A stretch of 64,000 nt of DNA from the human T2T-CHM13v2.0 reference genome, Homo sapiens. The notes beneath the pieces are model-generated. The model was not told where the DNA came from, did not search any database, and saw only the letters and a list, made by a program, of their open reading frames with translations. The translations under genes were made by a program, and so were the position numbers. Each line of letters begins with the position of its first letter. Position 1 is the stretch's first letter. Location of the stretch: the NCBI RefSeq assembly GCF_009914755.1, contig NC_060936.1, one strand, 5' to 3'. Of this stretch, positions 33,626 through 60,443 are shown piece by piece.

Positions 33626-35627
33626 TCTACATTAAGGATTATTTGCAAAAGTAGCATCACCTTTTTCAGGTAATATTTCAGATTTTTATATGTTTAATAA
33701 TCAAGGTTCTTTTTTTTAGAGACAGCATCTTGCTATGTTGCCCAGGCTGGTCTACAACTCCTGGCCTCAAGTGCTCAGCCTCCCGAGCAGCTGGGATTAT
33801 AGCGCAAACCATTTTGCCAGGCTTTACAATGAAAGTTCTAGATATAATTCTATTATGTAACAATTGGAATACTTGCATGCCTTGTTCATTTGTTTAATAA
33901 ATTCTACCAAGTATATATGTTTGTTGACTTATACAGAGACAAGAAGAACTGAACTACTTAATATTTAATTTGTATTAAAAAGAGCCAATTAAACTGTTAA
34001 CAACCATAGCTTCCCCATTGTCTGGAAGTACATTTTGAACTATATATATGGTCTTTTGTCTCTGTGCAGCTATTCTTAGAAAATAAACCACTGGGCACAC
34101 TGGAGCCTGCCTGCAGCTACTGGGAGCATGTCCCAGCTACTCTGGAGGCTGAGGTGGGAGGATCACTTCAGCCCAGGAGTTCAAGACTGCAGTGAGCTAT
34201 GATCCTGCCACTGCACTCCAGCTTGGGCAACAGACCAAGACCCCATCTCTTAAAAAATAAAAATAAAAATAAAAAAATTATTTGCCAGGCCAACTAAAAT
34301 TTCAGTGAAGCTGGATATATACCATGGCAAATTGGCTGTAACAGGTCAAACAAGATGCCTCCTTCCTGGGGAATTCATGCACTTATAAAAGAGCAAGGGA
34401 GCAAGAGGAAAAAGGAGAAAGAAAGAAAACTTCAGCTGCTTACAAACTGAAAAGCTTAGAGAGTGCAACAGGAATATTATCTAGTATTCCGCTTCTGCTA
34501 GATTCCCACTTTCTAGGGCCTGCTTTTATAAAGCATTACACAAAAACAGGGACCATTTCCTTCAGGGACAGGAGTGAATGCAAAGGGTAACCGGACCTAA
34601 CTAAATGGACTTTTCCCCAGTGGCTCAGCCCATCACCCACGACAAATGGGGCATTGAAACAGTCAAGGACTGCCCCTTCCAACTGGCAACAGAAATACCT
34701 GGATTCCAATCACCATGCTATTACACCAGGAAAACACAAGCTCTCCAGGGAGATGAACCTGCAACCCCATCTATTATTTCCCCTGCTAAGGTAATCCGGA
34801 TCCGGATGCAGATCCAGATGGAAAACCACTAGAAATTCAAAGATGCTTCTCCATTTGGGGTGGAGGTGCTGGGGGGAGGGCAGGGAAGTAAGAGGGAAAA
34901 ATCCTTAAACACCCACAAATACAATGCAAAAAAAAATTTTTTTAACTTGATACAGAATGAATATAAGAGCAGAGCTTTTATATTTCCCAGCAACAAGATA
35001 TGACGCTTTTGGTGTCCCTACCCCCTAGCAAAAAAAGGGAGCTGGGGAAAAGGAACGATTGATGGTTATGAAACATGAAAGTTAACTGGGCGCTCCGCCT
35101 TGACGGGAGGCTTGGGGGAGAGGAAGAGATTTCAGATGGGGATGAGGCCAGATCCCGACATTCTGAGCTCACAGTCAGCCCGCAATGGCTGGTGGCGGCT
35201 ATCGGGTCAAAGTGGGAAGGAGAGGGAGAATCTATGCAGTCGCCTAAGCTACGGAAAGCAGGGAGGACGGAGAAAAGCCACCGCTCCTGCAACTACAACC
35301 GCGATTCCAAAAGGAAACCGGGGCACCTTGGCAAAAAATGGGGGGAAAAATTAAAAAAACCCCACAAACCCCCCGCCCCTCAGGAAGAGCGATCTGCGAT
35401 TGGGCCGCGCGAGTGTCACTCAAGGGCGCCGAGTCTAGAAAAGGCGCACCGCGGCCGGGCAGAGCTCCCACACGCCGAAGGGCTCCGAGGGGGTCAGGCC
35501 AATCGGCAGCCGTCACCCCACACCCCAGCCCATCACCACACTCAAGGGGCCGCTAAGACAGTGTCTCCTAAGTCTCGTCTCCTGTCCCCAGCGGCCTACA
35601 GCTCCCTGCAGGCTGGTGGCCGCTTAC

Positions 35628-35760
35628 CTGGCCGCCGCTCCCGCTGCCGATGTCAGGGTCATGCAAGCGGCCTCTCGCGACCGTTACCCGAGGGAGCGCG
35701 CGCGCGCCCGGCGTCTCTCCAGTGATTGGCTGCCCGGAAGGAGGCGGAGACAGCCTCGCA
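35628..35760 (-). other. MPHOSPH9: MPHOSPH9 non-coding exon 1 (5' boundary/TSS approximate)
   Basis: Consensus donor CCAG|GTAAGC at 35628/35627 inside the CpG island; TSS cannot be read from sequence. Confidence 0.75.
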
Positions 35761-35989
35761 TGGCGCGCGCGTCCACCTCGCCGTTCCCCCTCGCGCAGCT
35801 CCAACCAAAGAGAGACATCCAACCCCGGGGGAGTGACAAGGGGGCGGGATTGCTGTGAAACTCTCTTCTCTGATTGGCTCTCTGGGAGCCAGCCGCTGCC
35901 ACGAGGGAAAGAAGCTTCAGTTTCTCGCATGCGCAGTGAGTAAACATGAGCCTCTGGTAGATAAGAGAAACCGCGATCGGAGTACGGCG

Positions 35990-36084
35990 CGTGCGCAGAT
36001 CAGGGATCGCGATTGCGAATCCTCCGCTGAGGTGATTTGGATATCCCTAGAACGTTGAGGGCACGAGTCGGGTCCTGAGACCAG
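35990..36084 (+). other. MTRFR: MTRFR non-coding exon 1 (5' boundary approximate)
   Basis: Donor CCAG|GTAAGC at 36084/36085; no ATG in this segment. Confidence 0.75.
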
Positions 36085-36964
36085 GTAAGCATCTGCGGAG
36101 AAGCCAGGTAACCCTACGGCTGCCGACGACTGTCAAAGGCTCCGGAGAGAGGACTGCGAGCCGGGACGCCTGGGTTTTTCCCGACTTGCGACCCCGAGTG
36201 GCGCAGCCAGTTTACCTGAGGCCGCGCTGGCGGTGGGGTGGGGCCGGCCGTGACACCCGAGCTCAGTTTTCTCGGGACCTGGTTTACGCTAGGTGCTGTG
36301 GGTCGGCCCTGGGGCTGTTCAGGCACTCAGGGCAGGGGAGAGGAGAGACTACCGTCCTGGAGATAACGGTTCCACGGAGGCCCAAGGCGAAACGGAAGGA
36401 TCCTCATGTACAAAACTGAGCGGAATGGAGCTGTGAGCACGCATCAGGTGCTGTTTCAGGCCTGGCACGTAGTAGAGGTCAGCACTGCCCTTGCTAGGCT
36501 TTTGCGGAGATACTCGTTTTTTTTTTAATAGACGTGGGGTGGGGGGGTCTCACTGTGTTGCCCAAGCTGATCTCGAACTCCTGGCCTCAAGCGATCCTCC
36601 TTCCTCGGCCTCCCAAAGTGCTGGGATCACAGGCGCAAGCCACCCAGCCCTACTTTTGAAGGACCAAAGGGAACTCGCTCTCCTCCCCGTGGGACCCCAG
36701 CCCATTTCATGCGCACTGTGCAGGCCACATTCTTCAGCATAGTTAACCTTTAAGGTCTTTCCAGCTACTCGATTTACCTCCAGGAGTTCTGGCTCACAGT
36801 AAAGGGACTTCCCTGGCACTATCACTTAGGCCTCCACAACCCAGGAAATGGATCTGCCCTTGGAATAACAGATCTGCCAGGAGGCGTTACATCTCATTGG
36901 AGCTTCCTAAGTATACCTACCAATTTTTTTTTACTTTTTTTATTTTTGTGGGGGAGGGGGGTAG

Positions 36965-37261
<297 letters not shown>

Positions 37262-37937
37262 TAAATTTGATGTTATCCTATCTTTCATGATTTTTTAAAT
37301 TATATTACATAATTCCAAAAGATATTTTATGTTTAAACCAGGACTTACTTCATTGAAGATGGTTTTATCTTTCAGTGTGAACCTGCTGGGAAGTCAGGCT
37401 ATATTTTTGGCATCACAGTGATCTCCTTAGTACCTGATTTCACAGACCAGAATTATGATCCCACCAAATAACATGTTTTCAGTAATGTCATGGCTTATCA
37501 AGTACTTCTTAAATTGGACCATACCAAGTAAAATAATTTACAAGCCACTGTTGTAGATGCCTTTTCACCCTAAGCTCTAAAACAAAGGCCGATGAAATAA
37601 TCAGTTCCCAGACTGGGTTTGTGTCATAAGACAACAGTGTATGTGGTGTGTCATTCCAAAGTTCCTCAGCCTTGTAGTTGAGAGATCTGACATGCTCCCA
37701 TTTAGTGACCACTAAGTACTTTACATTTATGGCAACATGTATGATTTTGTTCGCACTCTAGGTAGTAGTATCTCCATTCTACAGATGAGGAATTAGAGCC
37801 AAAGTTACCCAGTAAGTAAATTGTGGCATTGAGACATTGAACGCAGGTCTGTTGGCCACAGAGCTCGCAATCCTTGGCAGGAAGGCCTTTTTGGGACAAA
37901 AGAAAAAATGAGAGGAGTCGTCAAATACAGAAAGTCA

Positions 37938-38666
<729 letters not shown>

Positions 38667-39435
38667 CTAACATTGCCTAAGAAACTGGAAAAAGATCTGG
38701 AGATATGAAAGGTAATGAAACAAGGTGTAGAAAGGATAATTTAGTTTCAAAAATTGAAAACCTAATGGTTTCCAAGATAGGTCTTACTGAGATAATCAGG
38801 AAGTGTGCATCTCTTGTTTTCTTTATTTGTATTAAATACAATAATGTATTTGAAAGTGCTTTGCAGCTGCACGTGGTGGCTCACGCCTGTAATCCCATCA
38901 CTTTGGGAGGCTGAGGCAGGAGGATTGCTTGAGCCCATGAGTTCGAGACCTGCCTGGGCAACATGGCAAGACCCCATCTCTACAAAAAATTAAAAACTAG
39001 CCAGGTATGGTGGTACACACCTGTGGCCCCAGCTACTGGGGAGGCTGAGGCAAAGAAGCTTGCTTGAGCCCAGGAGGTCAAGGCTGCACTGAGCCATTTT
39101 TATGCCACTGCACTCCACTTGGGTGACAGAGGGAGACCCTGTCTCAAAAAAAAAAAAAAGAAGAAGAAACTGCTTTGGTTTGTATATGTTTAAGTCCTAA
39201 ACAAACACAAGGCATCGTTAATAGAAATATAGGCTTTGAGACTTTTGGAAGAAAATATACAGTGTTGTTATTCCTGCTTTTTTAATGTGTTTCTGTTTTA
39301 ATAGTGTAGTTGATAAATTATAAAGTTCCCGTTAGATGCCATAAATAGAACAAATATGGGGCCGGGCGCGGTGGCTCACACCTCTCAGCACTTTGAGAGG
39401 CCGAGGCGGGCGGATCGCCTGAGGTCAGGAGTTCA

Positions 39436-39816
<381 letters not shown>

Positions 39817-39876
39817 CTACTAAAAATACAAAATTAGCCGGGCATGATGGCAGGTGCCTGTAGTCCCAGATACTCA

Positions 39877-40044
<168 letters not shown>

Positions 40045-41244
40045 TCATTAGCTATCTCTTGAATTCTGCAGCATTAAGCATTCAAGCATTAAGCCTGTTA
40101 AATTTAGACCAGACCTAGAGTAGTCTCTTTTTCCTCCCGTCCGCCAAAATCAAAGACTACAGCTCTGCATTTCCTGCTCAATCTATTATGCTTTCCTTGT
40201 TTGAGAAATAACTATCTGCAAACACTTACTGTGAGTGAAGGGTGCTTTATCTTCAGCGTAAAACCCCAAGTCTAGGAAATGGCATGGTCTGTTTCAAGCC
40301 TTACCAGCAATACTCACTGGTTCCATTTGAGAGGTTTCAGCCCTTAAGGATTTCAGATACCTACAGCAGGAGGATGAGCTAACAGGAGGATGTGAAAGAC
40401 AGGGAAATGCTACTTTCTTTTTAACTACCATTTTACAGACAGCACCAAAACACTTTTTTTTTTTTTGAGACGGAGTCTCACTCTGTCACCCAGGGTGGAG
40501 TGCAGTGGTGTGACCTCAGCCCACTGCAACCTCTGCCTGCCAGGTTGAATCCATTATTCTGCTGCAGCCTCCCGAGTAGCCGGGACTACAGGTGCACACC
40601 ACCACATCTGGCTAATTTTTTGTATTTTAGTACAGAGGGGGTTTCACCATGTTGCCCAGGCTGGTCTGGAACTCCTGAGCTCAGGCAATCCACCCTCAGC
40701 CTCCCAAAGTGCTAGGATTACAGTCATGAGCCACCACACCCAGCCCCAAAACACATTTTTGAAACATGAATTATTATTATTAAGCATTTGTCAGAAAATC
40801 ATTTTCCCCTCACTTAGCTTCTGGCACCACCTGCTGGCCGTTTTGTCTTTTCAAAGCAGCAACATTGCACGTTGGTCTGTTTAAGCTCAATGTTGTTTGG
40901 CCCTTAACTGTTTATTAGGTCATTGTTTTGAGACCTATGGTTTCATCTCCTTCTTAAGGAAGAGACAAGACGGAATAAGCAGGTAATCAGCCCTCCTGAA
41001 TTCTTGTCTCAGTTTCTTAAATGTCATATAAATAAGAAACATGCTGGGCATGGTGGCTCATGACTGTAATCCCAGCACTTTTTGAGACCGAGGCAGGCAG
41101 ATTGCTTGAGCTCAGGAGTTTGAGACCAGACTGGGCAACATGATGAAACCCCATCTCTACTTTTTTAGAAAAGAAAAAGAAAAGCTTTTAAAAGTGTCTG
41201 TCCTAGCAATCAGAAGAACTTGCTGATTCCTGTGTTCTGGAACA

Positions 41245-43005
<1,761 letters not shown>

Positions 43006-44055
43006 GCATGGGGAGACTGGCTGGTGAGTACTTTAACAATCTTCGTAAAGCACACTGTTTCAGTTAGTCTCCGCACCTGTTCCTTCAGTTAGTTTTAATG
43101 AAGTTTCTGCAAGGTTTATATACCATGAAAGTTGTAGCTAAGGTAAACTAGTGCTTTACCTTTCAAAAAAAAAAAACAAACAGTGAATTTTAGATAAATG
43201 GCGTCCAGAAGGCAGGTCCAGAGATTGACATCTCATGCTTTCCTGAAAATAGATTAAATATCCTTTATTTTATTGACCTTTTTTTTTTTTTTTTTTTTTT
43301 TGAGAAAAAGTCTCACTCTGTACCCCAGGCTGGAGTGCAGTGGCGTGATCTTGGCTCACCACAACCTCCGACTCCCGAGTTGAAGCGATTCTCCTGCTTC
43401 AGCCTCAGCACACCACTGCACCCAGCTAATTTTTTGTATTTTTAGTAGAGATGGGATTTCACCATGTTGGCCAGACTGGTCTTGAACTCCTGACCTCAGG
43501 TAATCTGCCCACCTTAGCCTCCCAAAGTGCTAGGATTACAGGTGTGAGCCACCACACCCAGCCTCAAATATCCTTTAACCTTTTCAGAGACACGAAATGA
43601 AAGGCATTACCATCCTCTTTACTTCTCTCCAAAGTGAGAGCTGTTGATGACACAGCATCACCTCCTACATCTAGGCTTTTATTTGGGGTTGTTTTTTTTT
43701 TGTTTTTGTTTTTTTTTTAATAAAAGAGATGGAGTCTCACTATGTTGCCCAAGCTGATCATGAACTCCCAGCTTCATGGGCTCCTCCCACCTCAGCCTCC
43801 CAATATGCTGGGATTTCAGGTGTGAGCCATCACACCCAGCATTATTTTATTTTTTATTGTATTTTTTATTTTACTGTTTTTTGTTGTTGTTGTTTTTTGA
43901 GACAGAGTCTCGCTCCTTCAGTCTTCGCCCAGGCTGGAGCGCAATGGCGTGATCTCGGCTCACTACAACCTCTGCCTCCCGGGTTCAAGCAATTCTCCTG
44001 CCTCAGTCCTCCCAAGTAGCTGGGACTACAGGTGCCCACTACCACCCCCAGCTAA

Positions 44056-44409
<354 letters not shown>

Positions 44410-45894
44410 TGACCAGATCCAGTCATGAAGAACGCCACTCAGTAGCACATAGGTTTCAAATCCTGACAGCAAGCTCTCCAGGAGGATGAGGGGCATAGAA
44501 AGTTTGAGAACCACTGCTCTATAGTATGTTATCCATCCTCAGCTATCACATGTATCCTGTTTGTGCTTGTCTTCATTTCTCTTTTATGCTACAGACTCTT
44601 TAGGCTCTCTGAAGCCCATGCCTGATACTCAATAGATGTTTTAAATATTCTTGCACAAATTAATGTTCCCTTTTGTAAATTCCTTAGACCTGTTATCTCT
44701 GAACTTAACCAAGTTGGAAGGGACTGAAGCAATGACAGGAGCTTTCACCTTAACTGCGATCAGCCATTTAGTGCAGAAGCCATCATCAAAGGAAAAGTAG
44801 AGCCTAGGGAGTCAGGGTAGAGCGCCAGCCCTACGCCGAAGCTCACGTTTGAAGAAGGGAACTGGGGCAGAGCTGTCATGACTGCTGGTTTCCTCTTACT
44901 AGCACTTCTCTGTACCATTTTTCTTTTTCTCTTTTTTCATGTCACAATGAGCTATAATTTGAGCTGCTTTTATTGTTCCCTAAAGACTTTGGATTACTCT
45001 GTATCACAAACACTGAAATCCAATTCGTATTTTTTTGGCCTTTGGGGAAGTGGAACCATGGGTGTGTTTGTCATTTTTAGCAGTCATTGGAGTAGGGCCA
45101 AAGCTCCAGGAGATACTAAAAGTGTCTAGAATTGTCTGATTGGCTGTTGGAATTAACTGTTAAACAAAGCAGCCAGTAACTGAACACCGGAGACCTTCTT
45201 GAACTCCAGCTGGGTGGGAGACCTTCCAGTGTGTCTGGCAGCTCTGAACTAGGACAGAAAGGTAGAGATTCAAACAGTGGACTGGTGACAAAGCAGCTGA
45301 TAAAAGCACTCTCATCTCCATCCTTTGTCTGGGAGTCTCGCCTTGCCTTGGAATCACTTCCTCTCTTTTTCCCTGCACTGGTTTGTGCCAGCGCTGTCCT
45401 GCCTGGTCACATTTACCAGCTAGCGGATGAGAAACTCAGAAGTGCGGGGCTCATGTTCCATAATGAATTGAATCCGGGACTACAGGCTGCCTGATACACA
45501 AATGAATTTTGTTTTGTGGATTGAAAACAGGAATAAGGAAAGATAAGTTTTGGACATTGACTTAGTCTACTCAATCTTTCGTAGGTAAGGTGATTCTTAG
45601 AGAGAGTTCAGAGAAAGTGCCTGGGTTTATCATTTATCTTTTTCTAAGGTATTTGATTTTATACACATTTCATACACATTAAACAAAACCAGTTTTTAAA
45701 GCACCACTTTCCTTGGCACACTCCATTTCAAAGTATATCCCTTCACAGTCATGGAGCATCTTGCCAATACCATCTTTTAAAACAATTTTTTTTTTTTTTT
45801 GGCTGGGCGCAATGGCTCACGCCTGTAATCCCAGCACTTTGGGAGGCCGAGGCGGGCGGATCACGAGGTCAGGAAATCGAGAACAGCCTGGCTA

Positions 45895-46101
<207 letters not shown>

Positions 46102-46108
46102 TTAGCTA

Positions 46109-46308
<200 letters not shown>

Positions 46309-46871
46309 CTAAAGGTGACCAGTGTCATCTCAGTATCACTGTACTGGTTACTAACCTAGAAGCTTACATGTAAAGTAACAGGAAATGCACATATTTACAA
46401 GAAAGCAACGCCTGATCCCATGTCTCCATCCTGCTTCCTCCTCAGTGGGTATCTATCTGGATCTCACAGTGGGCTCAAGAGACAGCAGCAGGCTCAGGGG
46501 AAGTTGACCGAGGGTGAGGTGGACAGGCTGGGAGCAAAGCTGTGGAGTGATCTGCTGGATGTCCAGTTACCTTAGAAGCTGGCTCCCACCTAGATCAGAC
46601 ACCAGTTGCCATGACTACAGTTTATGAGGTTTCAAACACTAAAAGAAGCTATTTAGAGCCTCATATGAGGCAGTTGCTTAATAAGAGCAGCACAGGCCGG
46701 ACGCGGTGTGGCTCACTCCTGTGATCCCAGCACTTTGAGAGGCTGAGGCTGGTGGATCACCTCAGGTCAGGAGTTCAAGACCAGCCTGACCAACATGGAG
46801 AAACCCTGTCTCTACTAAAAATACAAAATTAGCCGGGCGTGGTAGCACATGCCTGTAGTCTCAGCTACTCA

Positions 46872-46976
<105 letters not shown>

Positions 46977-47065
46977 TCAAAACAAAAAACAAAAAAAAAG
47001 CAGCACATCTGTATTTAGTGCCTACTACATAATCTACTAAGTAATCTTCAATAAAGATGCTCTAA

Positions 47066-47457
<392 letters not shown>

Positions 47458-47474
47458 TGAGCCACCGCACCCGG

Positions 47475-47518
<44 letters not shown>

Positions 47519-47792
47519 CAGAGTCTTACTCTTGTCACCCAGGCAAGAGTGCAGGCAAGCTGCACCATCTCAGCTCACTGCAACCTCCACCTCCTGGAAT
47601 TCAAGCAGTTCTCCTGCCTCAGCCTCCCAAGTAGCTGGGATTACATGCGCCCACCACTGCGCCCGGCTAATTTTTTGTATTTTTGGTAGAGACGGGGTTT
47701 CACCATGGTCTCGATCTCCTGACCTCGTGATCCACCCTCCTCGGCCTCCCAAAGTGCTGGGATTACAGGCGTGAGCCACCACGCCTGGCCCT

Positions 47793-54402
<6,610 letters not shown>

Positions 54403-54426
54403 CAGGAGCTCCCATGCAAATAAATT

Positions 54427-54580
54427 ATGATCACAAGGTCCCAAAATAGGCTGTCTAGAGCTGAGGAGCAAGGAGAGCCAGTCTGAGTCCCAAAACTGAA
54501 GAACGTGGAGTCTGATGTTCAAGGGCAGGGAGCATCCAGCACTGGAGAAAGATGTAGGCAGAGAGTCTAGGCCCATCTCA
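54427..54580 (-). mobile_element. MLT2A-like (HERV-L LTR) fragment
   Basis: ATGATCACAAGGTCCC...GAGCAAGGAGAGCCAGTCTGAGTCCCAAAACTGAAGAAC...GCATCCAGCACTGGAGAAAGATGTAGGC resembles the MLT2A consensus as I recall it. Confidence 0.65.
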
Positions 54581-55355
54581 TCTGTCTTTTAATATCTTCT
54601 CTAACTAACCTGTAAGCTCCAAGAAGACAGTCCAGCTCTTTTTCATCTCATGTCCCTTACTGTACCTAACAAGGACCTTATTAAAAGTTGACTGGCTGGA
54701 TGCAGTGGCTCACGCCTGTAATCCCAGAACTTTGGGAGGCTGAAGCAGGTGGATTACTTGACCTTAGGGAGTTCAAGACCAGCCTGGGCAATATGGCGAA
54801 ACCCCATCTCTACAAAAAGTAATTACTCAGATGTGGTGGTGTCTGCCTGTAGTCTTCACCTACTAGGGAGCCTGAGGTGACAGAATCGCCTGACCCTGGG
54901 GAAGTCAAGGCTGCAGTGAGCTGTGATCGCGCCACTGCAGTCCAGCCTGGGCGACAGAGTGGGACTCTGTCTCAAAAAAAAAAAAAAAATTAGTTGACTT
55001 GGTAGTTCCAACGATGAGTACCAGTTGGACCACGTTGTTGGCAGTGCGTCCAGGGAACAGATGTTCACATTCAAATCCATGAAACTGGAAACAAAAAACA
55101 ACAATCATGACATTGATTGATAGTGATGTTTACTATGTCAGACTGTTTAAGCTCAGCTATAAAATAGACTCTCAGCCCTGGGTGGGGGTGGGGGGTGGCT
55201 CACACTTGTAATCCCAGCACTTTGGGAGGCCGAGGTGGGCAGATCACCTGAGGTCAGGAATTCGAGACCAGCCTGGCCAACATGGTGAATCCCCGCCTCT
55301 ACTAAAAATACAAAAATTAGCCGGGTGTGGTGGCACACGCCTGTAATCCCAGCTA

Positions 55356-55491
<136 letters not shown>

Positions 55492-56168
55492 TCATCTTTA
55501 CATTTTGATTTCAGAGATTCTCAAACATTTAAATACTGGCACTTGACCCAGATCCTAATTTTTGCTTGATGCACTATTTACCTGTATCAAATTACAGTCC
55601 GTTCCTTTGAATTTTTTTTTTTTTTTTTTTTTTTGAGACACTGTCTCGCTCTGTTGTCCAGGCTGGAGTGCAGTGGCTCTGCCTCAGCCTCCCGAGTAGC
55701 TGGGATTACAGGCACCCACCACCAAGCCCGGCTAATTTTTGTATTTTTAGTAGAGATAGTTTCATCATCTTGGCCAGGCTGGTCTTGAACTCCTGACCTT
55801 GTGATCCACCTGCCTCGGCCTCCCAAAGTGCTTGGATTACAGGTGTGAGCCACCATGCCCGGCCTGAATTTCACACTCAAAACCTCTCCTTTCTGAGAAA
55901 ACAGCACCCCCGGGTGCTTGGAAGATATTTTTGGTCTATTGCAAGAAAATATGTATTAGCTGGCAGGGCATGTCCTGGTAACATGGCAGACAGTGCAAGG
56001 CTGAGGAGAGGGGCGTCTTGCTGAATAATGTGTCTCTACTCATTTCCTAAATTCCCTCGGTAACAGATGGGTCATCATTTGAATTGCTTTATAAAAAGCT
56101 GTCTTTGAATCTGAAGCATAATCTTGAGGGCAGATGCCTCTTACTGAAAGCTCTCCTTATTCATCTAA

Positions 56169-56558
<390 letters not shown>

Positions 56559-57161
56559 TGAATGGGATCAGCCGAAGTGCATTATTTTTCTGGCTTGGGC
56601 CACCCTCTACCAGCCAGGCAGTAGAGAGCACCGCAGATCTCGTCCCATCCCTGAGCCATTCCTCCCTAAGGCAGAACCTCCTACAACAGCCTGGGAAGCC
56701 TGTTTCCAGGATCTTTTGGAGCCAGGGTATGGCTGCCATCCTTGAATTTGGCAGACAGCACTGGTGCTTGGCTGCTGCCCCGGAAGCAACGTCTTGACAA
56801 AGCTAAGCAGTGGCTGATAAAGGCAGGCGCCCGGGCAGCATGGTTCTTTCAAATCCGTTCCCACTGCAGGAAGGCTGCCGAGATCCCCAGCATTGCTATG
56901 GGATCCAAGTCCCTGAGGAGGCGGCAAGCAGGCATGGGTTGTCTGCTGGCAGTCCCAGCCCTTAACTGTCATGGCTGGTTAACATTAGGGTGGCCACATC
57001 CTCCACGCCTCTCTGTCCCCTTTGGTAAATGTCGGTGATACCTCCTCTTCTGGACAGAGAGGACTGAGGGCGAGATCATGGAGGATCATGAAGGCCAGGC
57101 ATTTTCCAACCTCAGAAGAAAAAATGCTGTGCACAGCTGCCTATAGGAGTCTTCCTTTTTA

Positions 57162-57419
<258 letters not shown>

Positions 57420-58064
57420 CTACTGCATACCAGCCTGGGCAACAGACAAGATTCCCTCTTAAAAAAAAAAAAAAGAAGGTTGGTCAGAGGGGCTCCCAGT
57501 CCATCTGCCTCAGGGATCACGAGAGAGTCCTGGAAGCAGCACAGAAGAGAGATAGCCAAGGCAGGTGTTTCATATATAACGATACTGGCAGCAGATACTT
57601 ACAGGTCATGGAAACGTGTGGGAGGAACTGTTCGAAGCAGCATTAACTCTGCAGTCCCCAAAACCCCATGTTCATGATTTCCATCACAGTACAGGTGTGG
57701 AATCTGGGACATAGAGAGGCTAAGTGACCTGCCCAAGGTCCTGCCACTCAGTAGTCAGTTCACACCATACCCCAAGTCCATGTTCCTAACAGCTGCACTT
57801 CACTGCTGGGTTTCTGAGCCACAAGCATATCATGTAAAACCTCAATCATTTCTTTTCCCCCTTGAAAAGTGTCATTCATGAGTAACAAAATTCTGAAACC
57901 TGAGAGTTAATTTTTGTTTAACCTATTTGACATAACTCAATCCAAACTTGCTTTCAGAATTATTCTTTAACCCTAATTTCATAGAATTTTTTTTTTTTTA
58001 AGAGACAGGGTCTTGTTTTGTCAGCCAGGTTGGAGTGCAGTGGTGCAATCATGGCTCAGTATAG

Positions 58065-58433
<369 letters not shown>

Positions 58434-59002
58434 TGAGCCACCACGTCCGGCCATCCAATCTTTACATTTTTGGTACAGATGGGGGGTCTTGCTATGTTGC
58501 CCACGCTGGTCTCAAACTCCAGCCCTCAAGTGATCCTCCCGTTTCAGCCCCCAAAGCATTGGGATTATAGGTGTGAGCCACTATGCCTGGCTTAAGATTT
58601 ATCTTTTATCAAACAGCTTTGCAAGGCACTCACCCTATAATAACTGAGGCATTACACAGTGAATGAGTTATGGCTGACTAATAATAAAGATGCTATTTTC
58701 TTCCTTCAGACAGAACTTTATGCTTATGAATGGTGCACACAAAGTGGTTGTTAACTGGCCACAAGCTAGATACATCAGTTGATACTTTCATAATTATTTT
58801 GCGACTTTAAGTTATTTGAAGGCCACTGTTGCTTCTAAACAAAATAGCACTCCTAATGATTAAAACAATCACACTGAAAGCCACATAATACAGCAAGGGT
58901 ATGGGACACAGGGCAGAGGCAGGAAAGGGGCTGGTCTTCACTGTCACTGACTCATGGGGACTCCTGATAAGGGGCTTTGCCATCCAGGTTTGTCCCTCTC
59001 TA

Positions 59003-59221
<219 letters not shown>

Positions 59222-59273
59222 TCAATAAATAAATAAATAGTAAATAAAAAAGCGAACAGGTTGAATTTAATGA

Positions 59274-59558
<285 letters not shown>

Positions 59559-59742
59559 GAAAAGAATTAGAGATTCCAACTGACAGAATCTGCCAGAAGC
59601 TCCCAGGGAATAATGGTGGCGAGTTCCATCACCAGCATTATTATAGTGCTTCAAAAGAAATATTTTTGATGAACTTAAAAGACAACAAATTTATTTAAAT
59701 GGTGCACTAAACTGTAGTGAACAGAGACATGCACGATTCAAG

Positions 59743-60443
<701 letters not shown>

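Larger units (their letters stand above)
35100..36420. promoter_or_regulatory. CpG island / bidirectional promoter of MPHOSPH9 (-) and MTRFR (+)
   Basis: High GC and CpG; NRF1-like CGCATGCGCA (~35926) and GCGCGTGCGCA (~35987); CCAAT/ATTGG boxes (~35399, 35499, 35725, 35873); GC box ~35840; TCTCGCGA 35673-35680; divergent first-exon donors 456 nt apart. Confidence 0.9.

Noticed and set aside
34794-34820. ATCCGG/ATCCAG hexamer run with BamHI/BspEI palindromes, like a cloning linker
   Set aside because: Short degenerate microsatellite with no vector sequence around it
35075-35943. 216-aa and other ORFs across the promoter
   Set aside because: Stop-poor GC-rich CpG island; low-complexity Arg/Pro/Gly content with no recognisable domain
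55966-55990. Perfect p53 half site GGGCATGTCC upstream of MTRFR exon 2
   Set aside because: No acceptable second half site adjacent; single decamers are common by chance
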